From assembly GCA_018266395.1 (NCBI GenBank), contig JAFEAM010000012.1, forward strand, positions 263,786 to 295,785: DNA of 32,000 nt, read 5' to 3'. The DNA comes from Bacteroidota bacterium (GTDB lineage: Bacteria > Bacteroidota > Bacteroidia > Cytophagales > Cyclobacteriaceae). Below the pieces are notes generated by a model. That model made no database searches, was not told the origin of the DNA, and saw nothing but the letters and a program-made list of their open reading frames with translations. This document shows, in pieces, positions 1 to 10,078 of the stretch. Each line of letters begins with the position of its first letter. Position 1 is the stretch's first letter. The position numbers were made by a program, and so were the translations under genes.

Positions 1-572
1 AACAACTTTTTAATGAGAAGGCAGGCATCTACGCTGAATTCGGAAAGATCATTGTGATCGCCATGGGTAAATTCGGCGAGACCGAAAAAGGAGAGAGGAC
101 ACTGCGAACAAAATACTTTGCGGGTGATGACGAAAGGCAGATACTGCTGGACTTCAAGGCCGCACTTGAAAAGATGGATCAGTCTGTTTTGAAACTCTGT
201 GCGCACAACGGGAAAGAATTTGATTTTCCGTATTTGTGCCGTCGCATGCTGGTGAATGGAATCACCCTGCCGTCTGTTCTTAATATGTCGGGCAAGAAGA
301 ACTGGGAAGTGCCTTTCCTGGATACCATGGACATGTGGAAGTTTGGAGATTACAAACACTATACGTCCCTGGATCTGCTTACCACGCTTTTTGATATTCC
401 TTCCAGCAAAGGAGATATGGATGGATCAAAAGTGAATGAAGTTTATTATCGGGAAAACAACCTGGACAAAATAGCAGCCTATTGCTCGGCCGATGTGGTG
501 GCTGTAGCCCAGTTGTACTTACGTCTCAAAGGCGCTCCCGTGGTCATGCAACAAAACATCCTGAATAATTAA
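1..572 (+). CDS. 3'-5' exonuclease, PolB-exonuclease-like / RNase H fold (5' end outside the window)
   Basis: The frame of ORF 54..572 stays open back to position 3, so the gene is 5'-truncated by the window. DEDDy-type motifs are visible: 'HNGKEFDFPYL' (Exo II-like) and 'YCSADVVA' (Y-x3-D, Exo III-like). Confidence 0.7.
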   Translation, partial: QLFNEKAGIYAEFGKIIVIAMGKFGETEKGERTLRTKYFAGDDERQILLDFKAALEKMDQSVLKLCAHNGKEFDFPYLCRRMLVNGITLPSVLNMSGKKNWEVPFLDTMDMWKFGDYKHYTSLDLLTTLFDIPSSKGDMDGSKVNEVYYRENNLDKIAAYCSADVVAVAQLYLRLKGAPVVMQQNILNN

Positions 573-588
573 TCAGGAGCAAGACATC

Positions 589-2739
589 ATGTCCAAAAAA
601 ACATTCAAACAGCGACAGGAAAAGAAGAGGAAGGAAGAGGGAAAGTCGCTCAGGTCTGCGATGCTTCGCTTCTTCGATGAAAATCCCGGCGAGTCTTTTC
701 AGTTTCGTGAACTGGCAAAAGCACTGGGCCCCAAGAACAAGGCACTTAACAAGGAGCTTTTCAAACTGCTGGAGCAGTTGGTTGATGACGGAAAAATCCG
801 TCAACTGAACGATGGCAGTTATGCTTCCACGAGGGAAGCTGACTTGCTGGAAGGAGTGGTCGATCATGTCAATCCCCGTTTTGCCTACATCAATACCGGC
901 TCGGGCACTGACATTTATGTGAAGGCCAGAGATCTTGCAACTGCGCTCCATGGTGATACGGTTCGGATAACCATTCTTTCAAAACGTCAAGGCGAGAAAC
1001 CGGAAGGTCGCGTGGAGGAAATTGTCAAGAGAAACCGCACTCGGTTTGTCGGCAGGCTCGAGGTTTCTCCGAATCGGTTTGCTTTTGTGGTTCCGGACTT
1101 CAGGAAAATATACCAGGACTTCTTCATTTATCAGGAAAACATCGGCAAGGCGAAGAATAATGACAAGGTGCTGTTTGAGGTCACAAAGTGGGGTGACGGT
1201 GACAGGAATCCTGAGGCCAAAGTCATTGAGATCCTGGGAAAGACCGGTGAAAACGAAGCGGAGATTCACTCCATCATGGCGGAATTTGACCTGCCGTTCC
1301 GTTTCCCCCAGCAAGTGTCGCACGAAGCAGAGAGAATCAGTGGGGAAATCACCGAGGAGGAAATTCGTCGCCGTAAGGATTTTCGCGATGTTCTCACCTT
1401 CACCATCGACCCGGAGGATGCCAAAGATTTCGATGATGCGATTTCTTTTCGCAAGCTCGACCACGGTCATTTTGAAATTGGGGTTCACATCGCTGATGTA
1501 ACACACTATGTGAAGCCCGGCACTGTGCTGGATGAAGACGCATTTGACCGTGCCACATCTGTGTATCTCGTGGACCGCACGGTGCCGATGCTGCCGGAGA
1601 GGCTTTCAAATGAACTGTGTTCGCTGCGGCCGGATGAAACAAAACTGACCTTTGCGGCAGTCTTTGAAATGGACCGGCACGGAAAAGTTCATAAGGAATG
1701 GTATGGACGTACAGTCATTCATTCAGACCATCGGTTTACCTACGAACAGGCCCAGGAAGTTCTTGAGAAGGGCGAAGGGAAGTTTGGAGAGGAGCTCATT
1801 CTCCTCAATGACATTGCGCATAAATTGCGGAAGGAGCGCTTTGCACGCGGGGCTGTCAACTTTGAAACAACGGAGGTAAAATTCAAACTGGATGCAAAGG
1901 GACGTCCATTGACTGTAGTTCCTAAAGTCCGCAAGGATGCTCATAAGCTGATAGAAGAATTCATGTTGCTCGCCAACAAGGGTGTTGCCACATTCATTTA
2001 CAAGCTGAAAAAGGGGGGAGAAAGGAACACCTTCGTCTATCGGACCCACGATTTCCCCGATCCTGAGAAGGTCTCGGACTTCGCAAAATTTGCTAAGCAG
2101 TTTGGCCACCAATTGCAAACAGAGGAAAGTGCGATTTCCAGATCACTGAACAAATTGATGGATGAGATAGAAGGTAAGCCTGAGCAGAATGTCCTTCAGT
2201 CACTTGCCGTGCGTGCGATGGCCAAGGCCAAGTACACCACAGACGCCAAGGCGCATTTCGGTCTGGCGTTTGATCACTACACGCATTTCACATCGCCAAT
2301 TCGCCGTTACCCTGATATGATGGTGCATCGGCTACTGCAGCACTATCTGGACCAGGGCAAGCCCGTAAACAAGCCTGAGTATGAATCCAGATGCCTGCAT
2401 TCATCTGAACGAGAGAAACGGGCGGCAGATGCGGAGCGGGCTTCCATTAAATACAAACAGGTGGAATTCATGAGCCTTGCAGAGGACAAGGTTTATGACG
2501 GAATCATTACAGGTGTTACAGATTTCGGAATCTTTGTGGAAATCATTGAAACGAAATGCGAAGGGATGGTCAGGCTGGCAGACATGAAAGATGATTTCTA
2601 TGAATTTGAGGAACGCAACTACAGGGTAATTGGCCGCAGGAGAAAAAAGATTTACCGGTTGGGAGATGAAGTGTCAGTGAGGATCAAGAAGACAGATGTG
2701 GATCGGAGAACCATGGACCTGACTTTTGAAGACAGATGA
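589..2739 (+). CDS. rnr: ribonuclease R (RNB-family 3'-5' exoribonuclease)
   Basis: 716 aa. It has the RNB catalytic motifs 'FTIDPEDAKDFDDAIS' and 'HFTSPIRRYPD', a C-terminal S1 domain ('GIITGVTDFGIFVEI') and a Lys/Arg-rich N-terminus. Confidence 0.95.
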   Translation: MSKKTFKQRQEKKRKEEGKSLRSAMLRFFDENPGESFQFRELAKALGPKNKALNKELFKLLEQLVDDGKIRQLNDGSYASTREADLLEGVVDHVNPRFAYINTGSGTDIYVKARDLATALHGDTVRITILSKRQGEKPEGRVEEIVKRNRTRFVGRLEVSPNRFAFVVPDFRKIYQDFFIYQENIGKAKNNDKVLFEVTKWGDGDRNPEAKVIEILGKTGENEAEIHSIMAEFDLPFRFPQQVSHEAERISGEITEEEIRRRKDFRDVLTFTIDPEDAKDFDDAISFRKLDHGHFEIGVHIADVTHYVKPGTVLDEDAFDRATSVYLVDRTVPMLPERLSNELCSLRPDETKLTFAAVFEMDRHGKVHKEWYGRTVIHSDHRFTYEQAQEVLEKGEGKFGEELILLNDIAHKLRKERFARGAVNFETTEVKFKLDAKGRPLTVVPKVRKDAHKLIEEFMLLANKGVATFIYKLKKGGERNTFVYRTHDFPDPEKVSDFAKFAKQFGHQLQTEESAISRSLNKLMDEIEGKPEQNVLQSLAVRAMAKAKYTTDAKAHFGLAFDHYTHFTSPIRRYPDMMVHRLLQHYLDQGKPVNKPEYESRCLHSSEREKRAADAERASIKYKQVEFMSLAEDKVYDGIITGVTDFGIFVEIIETKCEGMVRLADMKDDFYEFEERNYRVIGRRRKKIYRLGDEVSVRIKKTDVDRRTMDLTFEDR

Positions 2740-3707
2740 AGGAGGTTAATCATTACCTGGAGCTGATTGAAACAAATATAAAAGATCAGCGGTTTGAAGG
2801 GAGTCCAGGCTCGCTCTATGAGCCTATCAAATACATTCTTTCCCTTGGGGGCAAGCGGCTGAGGCCGATGTTGACACTGTTGTCCTACACCCTCTATCGC
2901 AAGGATGTGGAGAAGGTTGTTCCCTTTGCAGTTGCGGTGGAGGCGTTTCACAACTTTACCCTCATGCATGACGATATCATGGATCAGGCGCCCTTAAGAA
3001 GGGGTAAACCAACAGTTCACGAAAAATGGAATGTGAGCACGGCCATACTGTCGGGAGATGTGATGCTCGTGAAAGTTTACGAAATGCTGTTGGGCCTGGA
3101 AGAATCCAAACTTAAGAGAGTCCTGGCCCTTTTCAATGCTTGCGCCACAGGTGTTTGCGAAGGGCAGCAATGGGATATGGTGTTTGAATCGAGAAAGAGG
3201 GTGACAGAGAAGGAGTATATCCACATGATCAGGCTGAAGACAGCTGTGCTGCTGGGATTTGCACTGGAGTTGGGGGCCGTCCTCGCCGATGCACCGAAAA
3301 AGGATGCCATCGTTCTCCGCAATGCAGGTGAGCAACTGGGCATTGGTTTCCAGCTCAAGGATGATCTTCTTGACGTTTACGCAGACAAAAAGAAATTCGG
3401 CAAGCAAGTGGGAGGTGATATCATCGCCAACAAGAAAACCTACTTGCTTATACATGCATTGCAACAGGCGCGTGGCACGGATAAAAAGGAACTCAATGAC
3501 TGGCTGCAGAAGAAAAAGTTCGACAAGCATAGGAAAGTGGCGGCAGTGACAGCGTTGTATGACCGCCTGGGGGCAAGAGAAGCTGCAGAAACCGAGGTAG
3601 CTGAATATTTTAACCGCGGTTTTGAAAGCCTGAAGAGTCTTTCATCACAAGCCAATACCACGACACTTGTCAGTTTTGCAGAGGCGTTGGCTGATCGTCA
3701 GCGCTGA
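2736..3707 (+). CDS. polyprenyl (isoprenyl) diphosphate synthase
   Basis: 323 aa with both Asp-rich motifs, 'LMHDDIMD' (first DDxxD) and 'FQLKDDLLD' (second DDxxD). The start overlaps the rnr stop (ATGA at 2736-2739). Confidence 0.9.
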   Translation: MKEVNHYLELIETNIKDQRFEGSPGSLYEPIKYILSLGGKRLRPMLTLLSYTLYRKDVEKVVPFAVAVEAFHNFTLMHDDIMDQAPLRRGKPTVHEKWNVSTAILSGDVMLVKVYEMLLGLEESKLKRVLALFNACATGVCEGQQWDMVFESRKRVTEKEYIHMIRLKTAVLLGFALELGAVLADAPKKDAIVLRNAGEQLGIGFQLKDDLLDVYADKKKFGKQVGGDIIANKKTYLLIHALQQARGTDKKELNDWLQKKKFDKHRKVAAVTALYDRLGAREAAETEVAEYFNRGFESLKSLSSQANTTTLVSFAEALADRQR

Positions 3708-4567
3708 TCCGTTTTCCTTTTATAGACGTATAACCGTGCCCGCTGTCCCTTTGCGTTTTCGCTTAAGGTAAAGTAAGCCTGACCATCAAGACCCCAGGCA
3801 ACGGCCTCACCTTGCGGCTCCTGGTCGTAGCATAAAGTTGTTGCTTCTCTTCTCAGTGTTTCGGCAATGGACTCACCATCTTTTCTTTTCCAGTAATAAA
3901 TATTGAGGTAATTCTTCACCAGTATCTCACTGCCATCCCTGGAGATATCCGCCGCCACCACATACATGAAAGGCAGTCTCGCTACCTCGCGGGCGGTCAG
4001 CGTGTCGCCTGCAAAGTCATTGTCCAGCTCATAAAGACGTGCGCGCTTCTGCACCTTCGATATCACATAGAACTTCTGGCTTATTGGGTCGCAGAACAGC
4101 GCTTCGGTATCGTGAATTTCATCCGGAAGCCGGAAAGGCAGGACAGCCACCTGACCTGTGATCAGTGTATCGCCTGGCTGTGGTTCCTTGAAGCGATAGA
4201 TTCTTTTGACAGGACAATGCCGTTGATTGTCTCCTATATCACCGACATAAATGTAATTGCCAGCTCCGGCAGGATCAGGTCCCCAGGCGATATCTTCCCA
4301 GTCCCTGTTTTTTGCTCCGGGAACATTGAATACGCGGATGGTGCGCGCATGGTCATCCAGGAGAAATACCTGTGCAGGATGACCGCTGTCGTTGTGCGAC
4401 CAGAAATAACCGGGCTGACTGGAAGCAATAAGGCCTGAAGCCTCTTCAAGGTCATGGTTCTTGTTGACGCCAAGGGGAACACCTTTTTCAAATATTGGAC
4501 TGCAATTTTGAGGCTCCCCGGTGCAGGAAATGAAAGTGAAAAGAATCAGGAAAAATCGACATGTCAT
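3698..4567 (-). CDS. hypothetical lipoprotein, beta-rich (propeller-like), function unknown
   Basis: The ORF runs 3698..4603. I chose the internal ATG at 4567 because it gives a lipoprotein signal, 'MTCRFFLILFTFISC'. The mature part is soluble and carries 'SHNDSGHP' and 'VGDIGDN'-type motifs. I recognise no confident family. Confidence 0.6.
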   Translation of the reverse strand: MTCRFFLILFTFISCTGEPQNCSPIFEKGVPLGVNKNHDLEEASGLIASSQPGYFWSHNDSGHPAQVFLLDDHARTIRVFNVPGAKNRDWEDIAWGPDPAGAGNYIYVGDIGDNQRHCPVKRIYRFKEPQPGDTLITGQVAVLPFRLPDEIHDTEALFCDPISQKFYVISKVQKRARLYELDNDFAGDTLTAREVARLPFMYVVAADISRDGSEILVKNYLNIYYWKRKDGESIAETLRREATTLCYDQEPQGEAVAWGLDGQAYFTLSENAKGQRARLYVYKRKTDQR

Positions 4568-4679
4568 GACCAGCAATTTCAATTGGAGCTTTGGATTTTC
4601 CAACCATTTGTTTTCATGCTAGATTAGAATCTTTGAAACTAAAGCTAACCTTTTCTCACCCGCTTAACCTGGCTATTAA

Positions 4680-5822
4680 ATGAATAATTTGAGACAATTC
4701 GTTATGAGAATTCTCCTTGTCATTTCGTTGATTTTGGTAACGGGGAACATTAAGGGTCAGGTTCTTGGAAGATTCTACTATAACCGGAATTGGGAACTGA
4801 CTGCAAGAGATTCTTCTGAATTTTTCAGAGTCTGCATTTTTGATACTGTGCGTAACACTTTTGCAGGCCAGATTCGCGATTTTGATAAGAATGGCAAACT
4901 GCTTATGACAGGAGCCTACAAGGGAGGTATGCGGGATGGTCATTTTATTCATTACTCTGCAAACCAACAAGTGTTATTGGAGGGTGATTACAACGGAGGA
5001 CTGAGAACCGGTACGTGGACCAAGTATTATCCTTCCGGTAAACAGATGTACCAGGTTGTTTTTGAGGCTGATAAGGCGGTCATCAAATTCTTAAATGATT
5101 CACTGGGTTCGCCCATTCTTGAAGATGGCACCGGGCACTGGAAGGAGCAATATCAAGAGTACAAGTCTCCAGATCGCATCGTTGAGGGTTACCTTAAAGA
5201 TCATGTCAGAGAAGGTGCCTGGAGTTTAAGAGATGTACGTGGAAGAATGATAAGACAGGAGCATTATAAGAACGGGTCAATGTCGGACAAGACCAACTAT
5301 GACGAGAAAGGCAAAAAAATCAATGAAATGTTTGAATCATCACATCCCATAGAAATGCTTATGGACCATTTTAAATTCAGAATAACTGAAGAACTAACCA
5401 TCGTTGAGGGCATAACGGGCGACCAATATCCTTTTCTCAAAAAGGTTCTGCCAATCGGGCAAAATGAGTTGAATAACTTGAAATCTTCTTTAAATGAAGA
5501 AATCTTTACAGTGGTTGAGTTACCTGCCGGACCATATGGCGGCATGCGAAAGTTCTATGAGACCATAGCTGCCCTGATTAAGTACCCGGAAAAGGCAAGA
5601 AGAATGCGAATTGAGGGTAAAGTATTTATAGAGTTCATTGTAAACATAGACGGATCGCTGTCAGATTTTAAGATTGTGACAGGCGTAGATCAATTGGATG
5701 AAGAAGCGCTTAGAATTATTAAGGAATATGCATCAACTCATAGATGGCTTCCTGGCCGTATGCCATCAGGCAGACCTGTAAGACAGCGTTACACACTCCC
5801 TATCATATTTAGGATTGGATAG
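4680..5822 (+). CDS. MORN/YwqK-like repeat protein with a C-terminal TonB domain
   Basis: It has a signal-like N-terminus ('MRILLVISLILVTG') and repeated G-x3-G-x-W-x-x-Y(Y)-x-x-G units, e.g. 'GLRTGTWTKYYPSGK' and 'REGAWSLRDVRGR'. The C-terminus 'PEKARRMRIEGKVFIEFIVNIDGSLSDFKIV...EEALRIIKE...WLPG' fits the TonB C-terminal domain pattern. Confidence 0.7.
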   Translation: MNNLRQFVMRILLVISLILVTGNIKGQVLGRFYYNRNWELTARDSSEFFRVCIFDTVRNTFAGQIRDFDKNGKLLMTGAYKGGMRDGHFIHYSANQQVLLEGDYNGGLRTGTWTKYYPSGKQMYQVVFEADKAVIKFLNDSLGSPILEDGTGHWKEQYQEYKSPDRIVEGYLKDHVREGAWSLRDVRGRMIRQEHYKNGSMSDKTNYDEKGKKINEMFESSHPIEMLMDHFKFRITEELTIVEGITGDQYPFLKKVLPIGQNELNNLKSSLNEEIFTVVELPAGPYGGMRKFYETIAALIKYPEKARRMRIEGKVFIEFIVNIDGSLSDFKIVTGVDQLDEEALRIIKEYASTHRWLPGRMPSGRPVRQRYTLPIIFRIG

Positions 5823-5840
5823 TTACATGAGGAGGTCTGA

Positions 5841-6875
5841 ATGAAAACTGGCACGATAGGAGTTGACGAAGAACAGGACGATGACCTGTTCGAACATTAC
5901 CGGATAGTGGTTGACCCGGGTCAAAGCCTTGTGCGCATTGACAAATTTCTTCAGGACCGCCTTCCCAATGTGACCCGGACCAAGGTGCAGGACGGCATCC
6001 ACAATGGCTTTGTCAAGGTCAATGAAAATACAATCAAGCCCAATTATAAGATACATCCCGGAGATGTGATCACCGTTTCACTCCCCGAGCCCCCGCGCGA
6101 TACGGACGTGAAACCTGAGAACCTTCCGCTCAATATCATTTACGAAGACGAACATCTGCTTGTAGTAAACAAGGAACCAGGCATGGTGGTGCACCCGGCC
6201 TTCCAGAACTGGAGCGGAACGCTGGTAAATGCTCTTGCCTATCATTTTCAAAACCTTCCGCAGATGCCCGGCAATGAAGGACGCCCTGGACTAGTCCATC
6301 GGATCGATAAAGACACGAGCGGATTGGTGGTGATCGCCAAAACTGAAACGGCCATGACCAAACTGGCCAGGCAGTTCTTTGACCACAGCATCGAGCGTAC
6401 GTATTGGGCCCTGGTATGGGGTGAGCCGGCACCGCCGGAAGGGACCATCAATGTAAATGTGGGTCGAAGCCCAAAAGACAGAAGAGTCACGGTGGCATTT
6501 CCGGATGGTGAGATGGGGCGTACTGCAATTACGCACTACAAAGTCCTGAAGAACCTCAGGTATGTCTCTCTTATTGAGTGCCGGCTTGAGACGGGACGCA
6601 CGCATCAAATCCGTGCTCACATGAAGTACCTGGGCCATCCTCTGTTTAATGATGCTGTGTATGGAGGCAATCAGGTTTTGAAAGGAACGACTTTTTCAAA
6701 GTACCGTCAGTTCGTTGAGAATTGTTTCAAGATTATGCCCCGGCAAGCGCTTCATGCCAAGACACTGGGATTCGTTCATCCCGCCACAGGGAAATTTCTC
6801 CAATTCGATTCTGAATTGCCCAAAGATTTTCTCGACGTGCTTGAGAAGTGGGAGAATTATGTGAAGTATAATTGA
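5841..6875 (+). CDS. rluD: RluA/RluD-family 23S rRNA pseudouridine synthase
   Basis: 344 aa. It has an N-terminal S4-like RNA-binding region ('RIDKFLQDRLPNVTRTKVQDGI'), the catalytic motif 'GLVHRIDKDTSGLVV' and the 'GRTHQIRAH' motif. Confidence 0.9.
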   Translation: MKTGTIGVDEEQDDDLFEHYRIVVDPGQSLVRIDKFLQDRLPNVTRTKVQDGIHNGFVKVNENTIKPNYKIHPGDVITVSLPEPPRDTDVKPENLPLNIIYEDEHLLVVNKEPGMVVHPAFQNWSGTLVNALAYHFQNLPQMPGNEGRPGLVHRIDKDTSGLVVIAKTETAMTKLARQFFDHSIERTYWALVWGEPAPPEGTINVNVGRSPKDRRVTVAFPDGEMGRTAITHYKVLKNLRYVSLIECRLETGRTHQIRAHMKYLGHPLFNDAVYGGNQVLKGTTFSKYRQFVENCFKIMPRQALHAKTLGFVHPATGKFLQFDSELPKDFLDVLEKWENYVKYN

Positions 6876-6901
6876 GAACTTCTGTTGCAGCAGGACAGCA
6901 T

Positions 6902-9328
6902 TTAGGCTGATTCAGTATGAAACACGCGCTTGACTCGTTCGCTGGTGCTGGCGAGTAATTCATATGGAATGGTGTCGATCCAGGAGGCCACCTGATCAAT
7001 GGGGAGTTGAGGTCCGAATATGATGACTTCGTCGCCTTCTTTTGCAGGAATGCCGGAGATGTCAATCATGGTCATATCCATGCAGACATTGCCAATGACC
7101 GGTGCCAGTTTTCCACCAACCAGGACCTTCCCCTTTCCCCTGCTGAAACTACGGCTGTATCCATCGGCATATCCGATGGCGATGGTGGCGAGGGTCATAT
7201 CCCTTTCAGCCCTTCCGCGCCGACCGTATCCGATCGAGTCCCCTGTCGGTATCTTTTTGATCTGGGAAATAATAGTTTTCAGGGTGGCGACCGGCATGAG
7301 CTTCTGCGTGCCTTCAACAGTGGGGTCGATGCCATACAGACCGATGCCCAATCGCACCATGTCATATTGATAATCGGGAAAACGGAGAATACCGGGAGAA
7401 TTGAGCAGATGGAGAAGCGGCTTGTAGCCCATGGCTTTTTCGATAAGGGATGCCATTCTGCTAAATCGTGATGCCTGTTCCCTTGAGAAAGCGTCATGCT
7501 CGCGAGTATCTGCTCCGGCCAGATGGGAAAAAGCAGAAACTACCTTTAGATTGGTATGAGCCCGCAGCAATTCAAGAATCTTCGGAAGCTCAGCTTCATC
7601 AAAACCCAGCCGATGCATGCCGGTATCAAGCTTAAGGTGAACTGAACATTTTCGGCCATCCAGAAAATCAACCAGTGACTTCAGCATCGCAGGACTGAAA
7701 ATTTCCGGCTCCAGGTGAAAGTCCAATAATGCCTGATACCCCTCTTCCGAAGGATTCATAACCATGATGGGCGTGGTAATGTTGTTCTTCCGCAGATCCA
7801 TGCCCTCGTCGGCGTATGCCACGCCGAGGTAATCAACGCGATGGTACTGTAAAAGACTGGCCACCTCCTCACTCCCGCTGCCGTATGCAAAAGCTTTCAC
7901 CATCGCCATTACCTTAACCCCCGGCTTCAGTTTGCTCCGAAACAGATTAAGATTGTTCACCATGGCGGTGAGATCCACCTCCATTCTCGTCCGGTGAACT
8001 TTGCGCTGAAGTCTTTCAACAATCCGCTCGAACCGAAACGGTCGTGCCCCTTTGACAAGGATCGCTTCATCTGCGAAGTTGAGGGTTGGGAGCTCTGCCA
8101 AAAAGGATTCTACGCTGCGGAAGAACTTTCCATCCGGAAACTTAGCCTGGTTTGCTGCGAGGCCGGGGCCAATGGCAATAATTCGCTGTATGCCTGCTGC
8201 AGTGATAAGTTCACCAATCCGGTCTGCAAGTGCAGAATCACTCATGCCGCTTTGAAGAATGTCTGAAAGTATGAGCGTCCTCTTTGATTTGCGTTGGGTA
8301 CGAAGAAAATTCAGGCTGATTTGAAGGCCGGCAAGATCGTTGTTATAGGAGTCATTGATAAGAAGGCAGCGGTTGATCCCTTGTTTGAGTTCCAATCTCA
8401 TGGGAACGGGTTGCAGGCCAGCCACACGTTCCTTGATCACAGCAGGCGGATATCCCAGGAGCAAAAGAAAAGCCATCACATGAAAGATATTTTCTTTTGA
8501 CGCCTCGTCAAGCAAGGACAGGTTTAGTTGAAAAGTCTTGCCGGAATACGTGATGTTAACGGCTTCCCTGGTCTCTTCGATCAGGATGTCACTTCCTGTG
8601 TGTTTCCCCCACGAGATGGAAGGGATTCCTTTTGCGCAGACCACCTCATCGATCAAATTGTGATCTTTGCAGTAGATGACTTTGGTGGCGCCTTTGAACA
8701 ACAGGGCCTTTTCTTCACACTTTTGTCTTCTGTCCTTAAACCCCTCGTCGTGTGCGCTGCCAAGATTGGTGAAGATTCCGAATGTTGGCTGAACGATGGT
8801 CTGAAGTCTCGCCATCTCGCCTGGTCTTGAAATACCTGCTTCGAAGATTGCCAACTGATGGAAAGGCTGCATCATCCAAACGGACAACGGCACTCCAATC
8901 TGGGAATTATAACTCCCAGGATTTCTTACAATCTGAAAGTCCGACGCCAGGGCCTGGTACAGCCATTCCTTGACGATGGTTTTGCCATTGCTCCCCGTAA
9001 TGCCCACCACAGGAATGCTGAACTTCTCCCTATGGTGCCTAGCTACAAGTTGGAGCGCTGTTAGTGAAGAATCAACCCGAAGCAGGTTGGCTTCTGGAAA
9101 TTCATGTACGTCAACCTCGTTCTCGACAACGAATTGCCTGATTCCTGATTGATACAGCTCATTCAGAAACGCGTGACCATCGTGCCTTTCACCCTTCATG
9201 GCAAAGAAGAGCGAACCTTCACCAACCACTGCATGGCGGCTGTCAGTAATCAGGGTCTCTACAGGCCTGTCTTGTGTTTGTTGAAGCACAGTTGCCTGAA
9301 GAAACCCGGCCAATTCACTGAACTGCAT
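6902..9328 (-). CDS. murF: bifunctional UDP-MurNAc-tripeptide:D-Ala-D-Ala ligase (MurF) / alanine racemase (Alr)
   Basis: 808 aa. The N-terminal half is a Mur ligase with the P-loop 'VVGITGSNGKT'. The C-terminal half is an alanine racemase with the PLP-Lys motif 'AMVKAFAYGSG' and 'VCMDMTMIDI'. Confidence 0.9.
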   Translation of the reverse strand: MQFSELAGFLQATVLQQTQDRPVETLITDSRHAVVGEGSLFFAMKGERHDGHAFLNELYQSGIRQFVVENEVDVHEFPEANLLRVDSSLTALQLVARHHREKFSIPVVGITGSNGKTIVKEWLYQALASDFQIVRNPGSYNSQIGVPLSVWMMQPFHQLAIFEAGISRPGEMARLQTIVQPTFGIFTNLGSAHDEGFKDRRQKCEEKALLFKGATKVIYCKDHNLIDEVVCAKGIPSISWGKHTGSDILIEETREAVNITYSGKTFQLNLSLLDEASKENIFHVMAFLLLLGYPPAVIKERVAGLQPVPMRLELKQGINRCLLINDSYNNDLAGLQISLNFLRTQRKSKRTLILSDILQSGMSDSALADRIGELITAAGIQRIIAIGPGLAANQAKFPDGKFFRSVESFLAELPTLNFADEAILVKGARPFRFERIVERLQRKVHRTRMEVDLTAMVNNLNLFRSKLKPGVKVMAMVKAFAYGSGSEEVASLLQYHRVDYLGVAYADEGMDLRKNNITTPIMVMNPSEEGYQALLDFHLEPEIFSPAMLKSLVDFLDGRKCSVHLKLDTGMHRLGFDEAELPKILELLRAHTNLKVVSAFSHLAGADTREHDAFSREQASRFSRMASLIEKAMGYKPLLHLLNSPGILRFPDYQYDMVRLGIGLYGIDPTVEGTQKLMPVATLKTIISQIKKIPTGDSIGYGRRGRAERDMTLATIAIGYADGYSRSFSRGKGKVLVGGKLAPVIGNVCMDMTMIDISGIPAKEGDEVIIFGPQLPIDQVASWIDTIPYELLASTSERVKRVFHTESA

Positions 9329-9331
9329 GAT

Positions 9332-9664
9332 CTAGAATAACCTGGAGCCGTTAGGCACCATTTTGTGGATTGATGTAAGAACCACTTTTCCATCGGAGTC
9401 CGGGAACCCGGTGGTCAATACCTCCGACTGAAAAGGGCCAATTTGCCGGGGAGGGAAGTTGACTACGCAGACTACCTGGCGTCCCGTAAGTTCTTCCGCA
9501 GAGTAATGAAAGGTGATCTGGGCGCTAGATTTCCTTATTCCCAGTTCAGGCCCAAGATCAATCCAGAGCTTAAAAGCCGGCTTTTTGGCCTCTGGGAAGG
9601 CCTCGGCCCGGACGATAGTGCCCGCACGCAAATCCACTTTTATGAAGTCATCCCAAGTAATCAT
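9332..9664 (-). CDS. tRNA-binding protein (CsaA/YgjH, EMAP-II-like OB fold)
   Basis: 110 aa. '[32 protein letters not shown]...[20 protein letters not shown]' matches the tRNA-binding domain pattern. Confidence 0.85.
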   Translation of the reverse strand: MITWDDFIKVDLRAGTIVRAEAFPEAKKPAFKLWIDLGPELGIRKSSAQITFHYSAEELTGRQVVCVVNFPPRQIGPFQSEVLTTGFPDSDGKVVLTSIHKMVPNGSRLF

Positions 9665-9726
9665 TTGTAGTAATCATTTATCCGAAATTTGTATATTTCG
9701 AGTCCTAAAGATCGGTCAGTCAGTCG

Positions 9727-10074
9727 ATGAAAAGAGGCATATCTGTTGTAACACTGCTGTTCCCGTTGCTTCTGCTGGGCTTCTCGGCGTTTGCGCAAGA
9801 AGAGCTGCAAGTCATTGAAACACCGGATCCATCGCACCGTGAACTCAATCTGGACGAAGATAAGACTTTGCTTTATGACCATCCCGGACACACGTCTGTC
9901 GCCAGGGACAGTATCCAGATGATACAGCGTGTAGCTCCGTCTAACCATGCCAAACCCTCCCGGCCAGAGTCAGGACGTTCCGGAAAAAAGGGAGAGGATG
10001 AAGATGCCTTGAAATTCAACTTCCTGTACTACATGCTGCAGAAGTTCAAGATGTCGGACATGATCGACCAGTAG
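9727..10074 (+). CDS. hypothetical secreted protein
   Basis: 115 aa with a clear signal peptide, 'MKRGISVVTLLFPLLLLGFSAFAQ'. The middle is low-complexity and charged, and the hydrophobic tail is 'FNFLYYMLQKFKMSDMI'. No family assigned. Confidence 0.55.
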   Translation: MKRGISVVTLLFPLLLLGFSAFAQEELQVIETPDPSHRELNLDEDKTLLYDHPGHTSVARDSIQMIQRVAPSNHAKPSRPESGRSGKKGEDEDALKFNFLYYMLQKFKMSDMIDQ

Positions 10075-10078
10075 GGTA

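Noticed and set aside
979-1506. A 175-aa minus-strand ORF, plus other ORFs of 60-160 aa (544..951, 1022..1501, 1723..2118), overlapping the RNase R gene.
   Set aside because: They lie entirely inside or antisense to a very well supported rnr reading frame. Their sequences are low-complexity with no recognisable motifs, so I treat them as shadow ORFs.
2994-3530. A 178-aa minus-strand ORF antisense to the polyprenyl synthase, and similar antisense ORFs inside murF-alr (7007..7471, 8528..8830), the RND pump (12748..13167, 14329..14721) and the lyases (20542..20955).
   Set aside because: Each is embedded in a long motif-supported gene on the other strand, and none has a family signature.
3698-3707. 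A 10-nt overlap of the convergent 3' ends of the polyprenyl synthase and lipoprotein genes.
   Set aside because: Short convergent overlaps are common, and I found no hairpin or other structure that would make this special.
4604-5822. An impression that the MORN/TonB gene and its upstream region are more AT-rich than their neighbours, which could point to a foreign origin.
   Set aside because: I could not compute composition. No flanking repeats, tRNA or integrase support an island, and such repeat proteins are often compositionally skewed.
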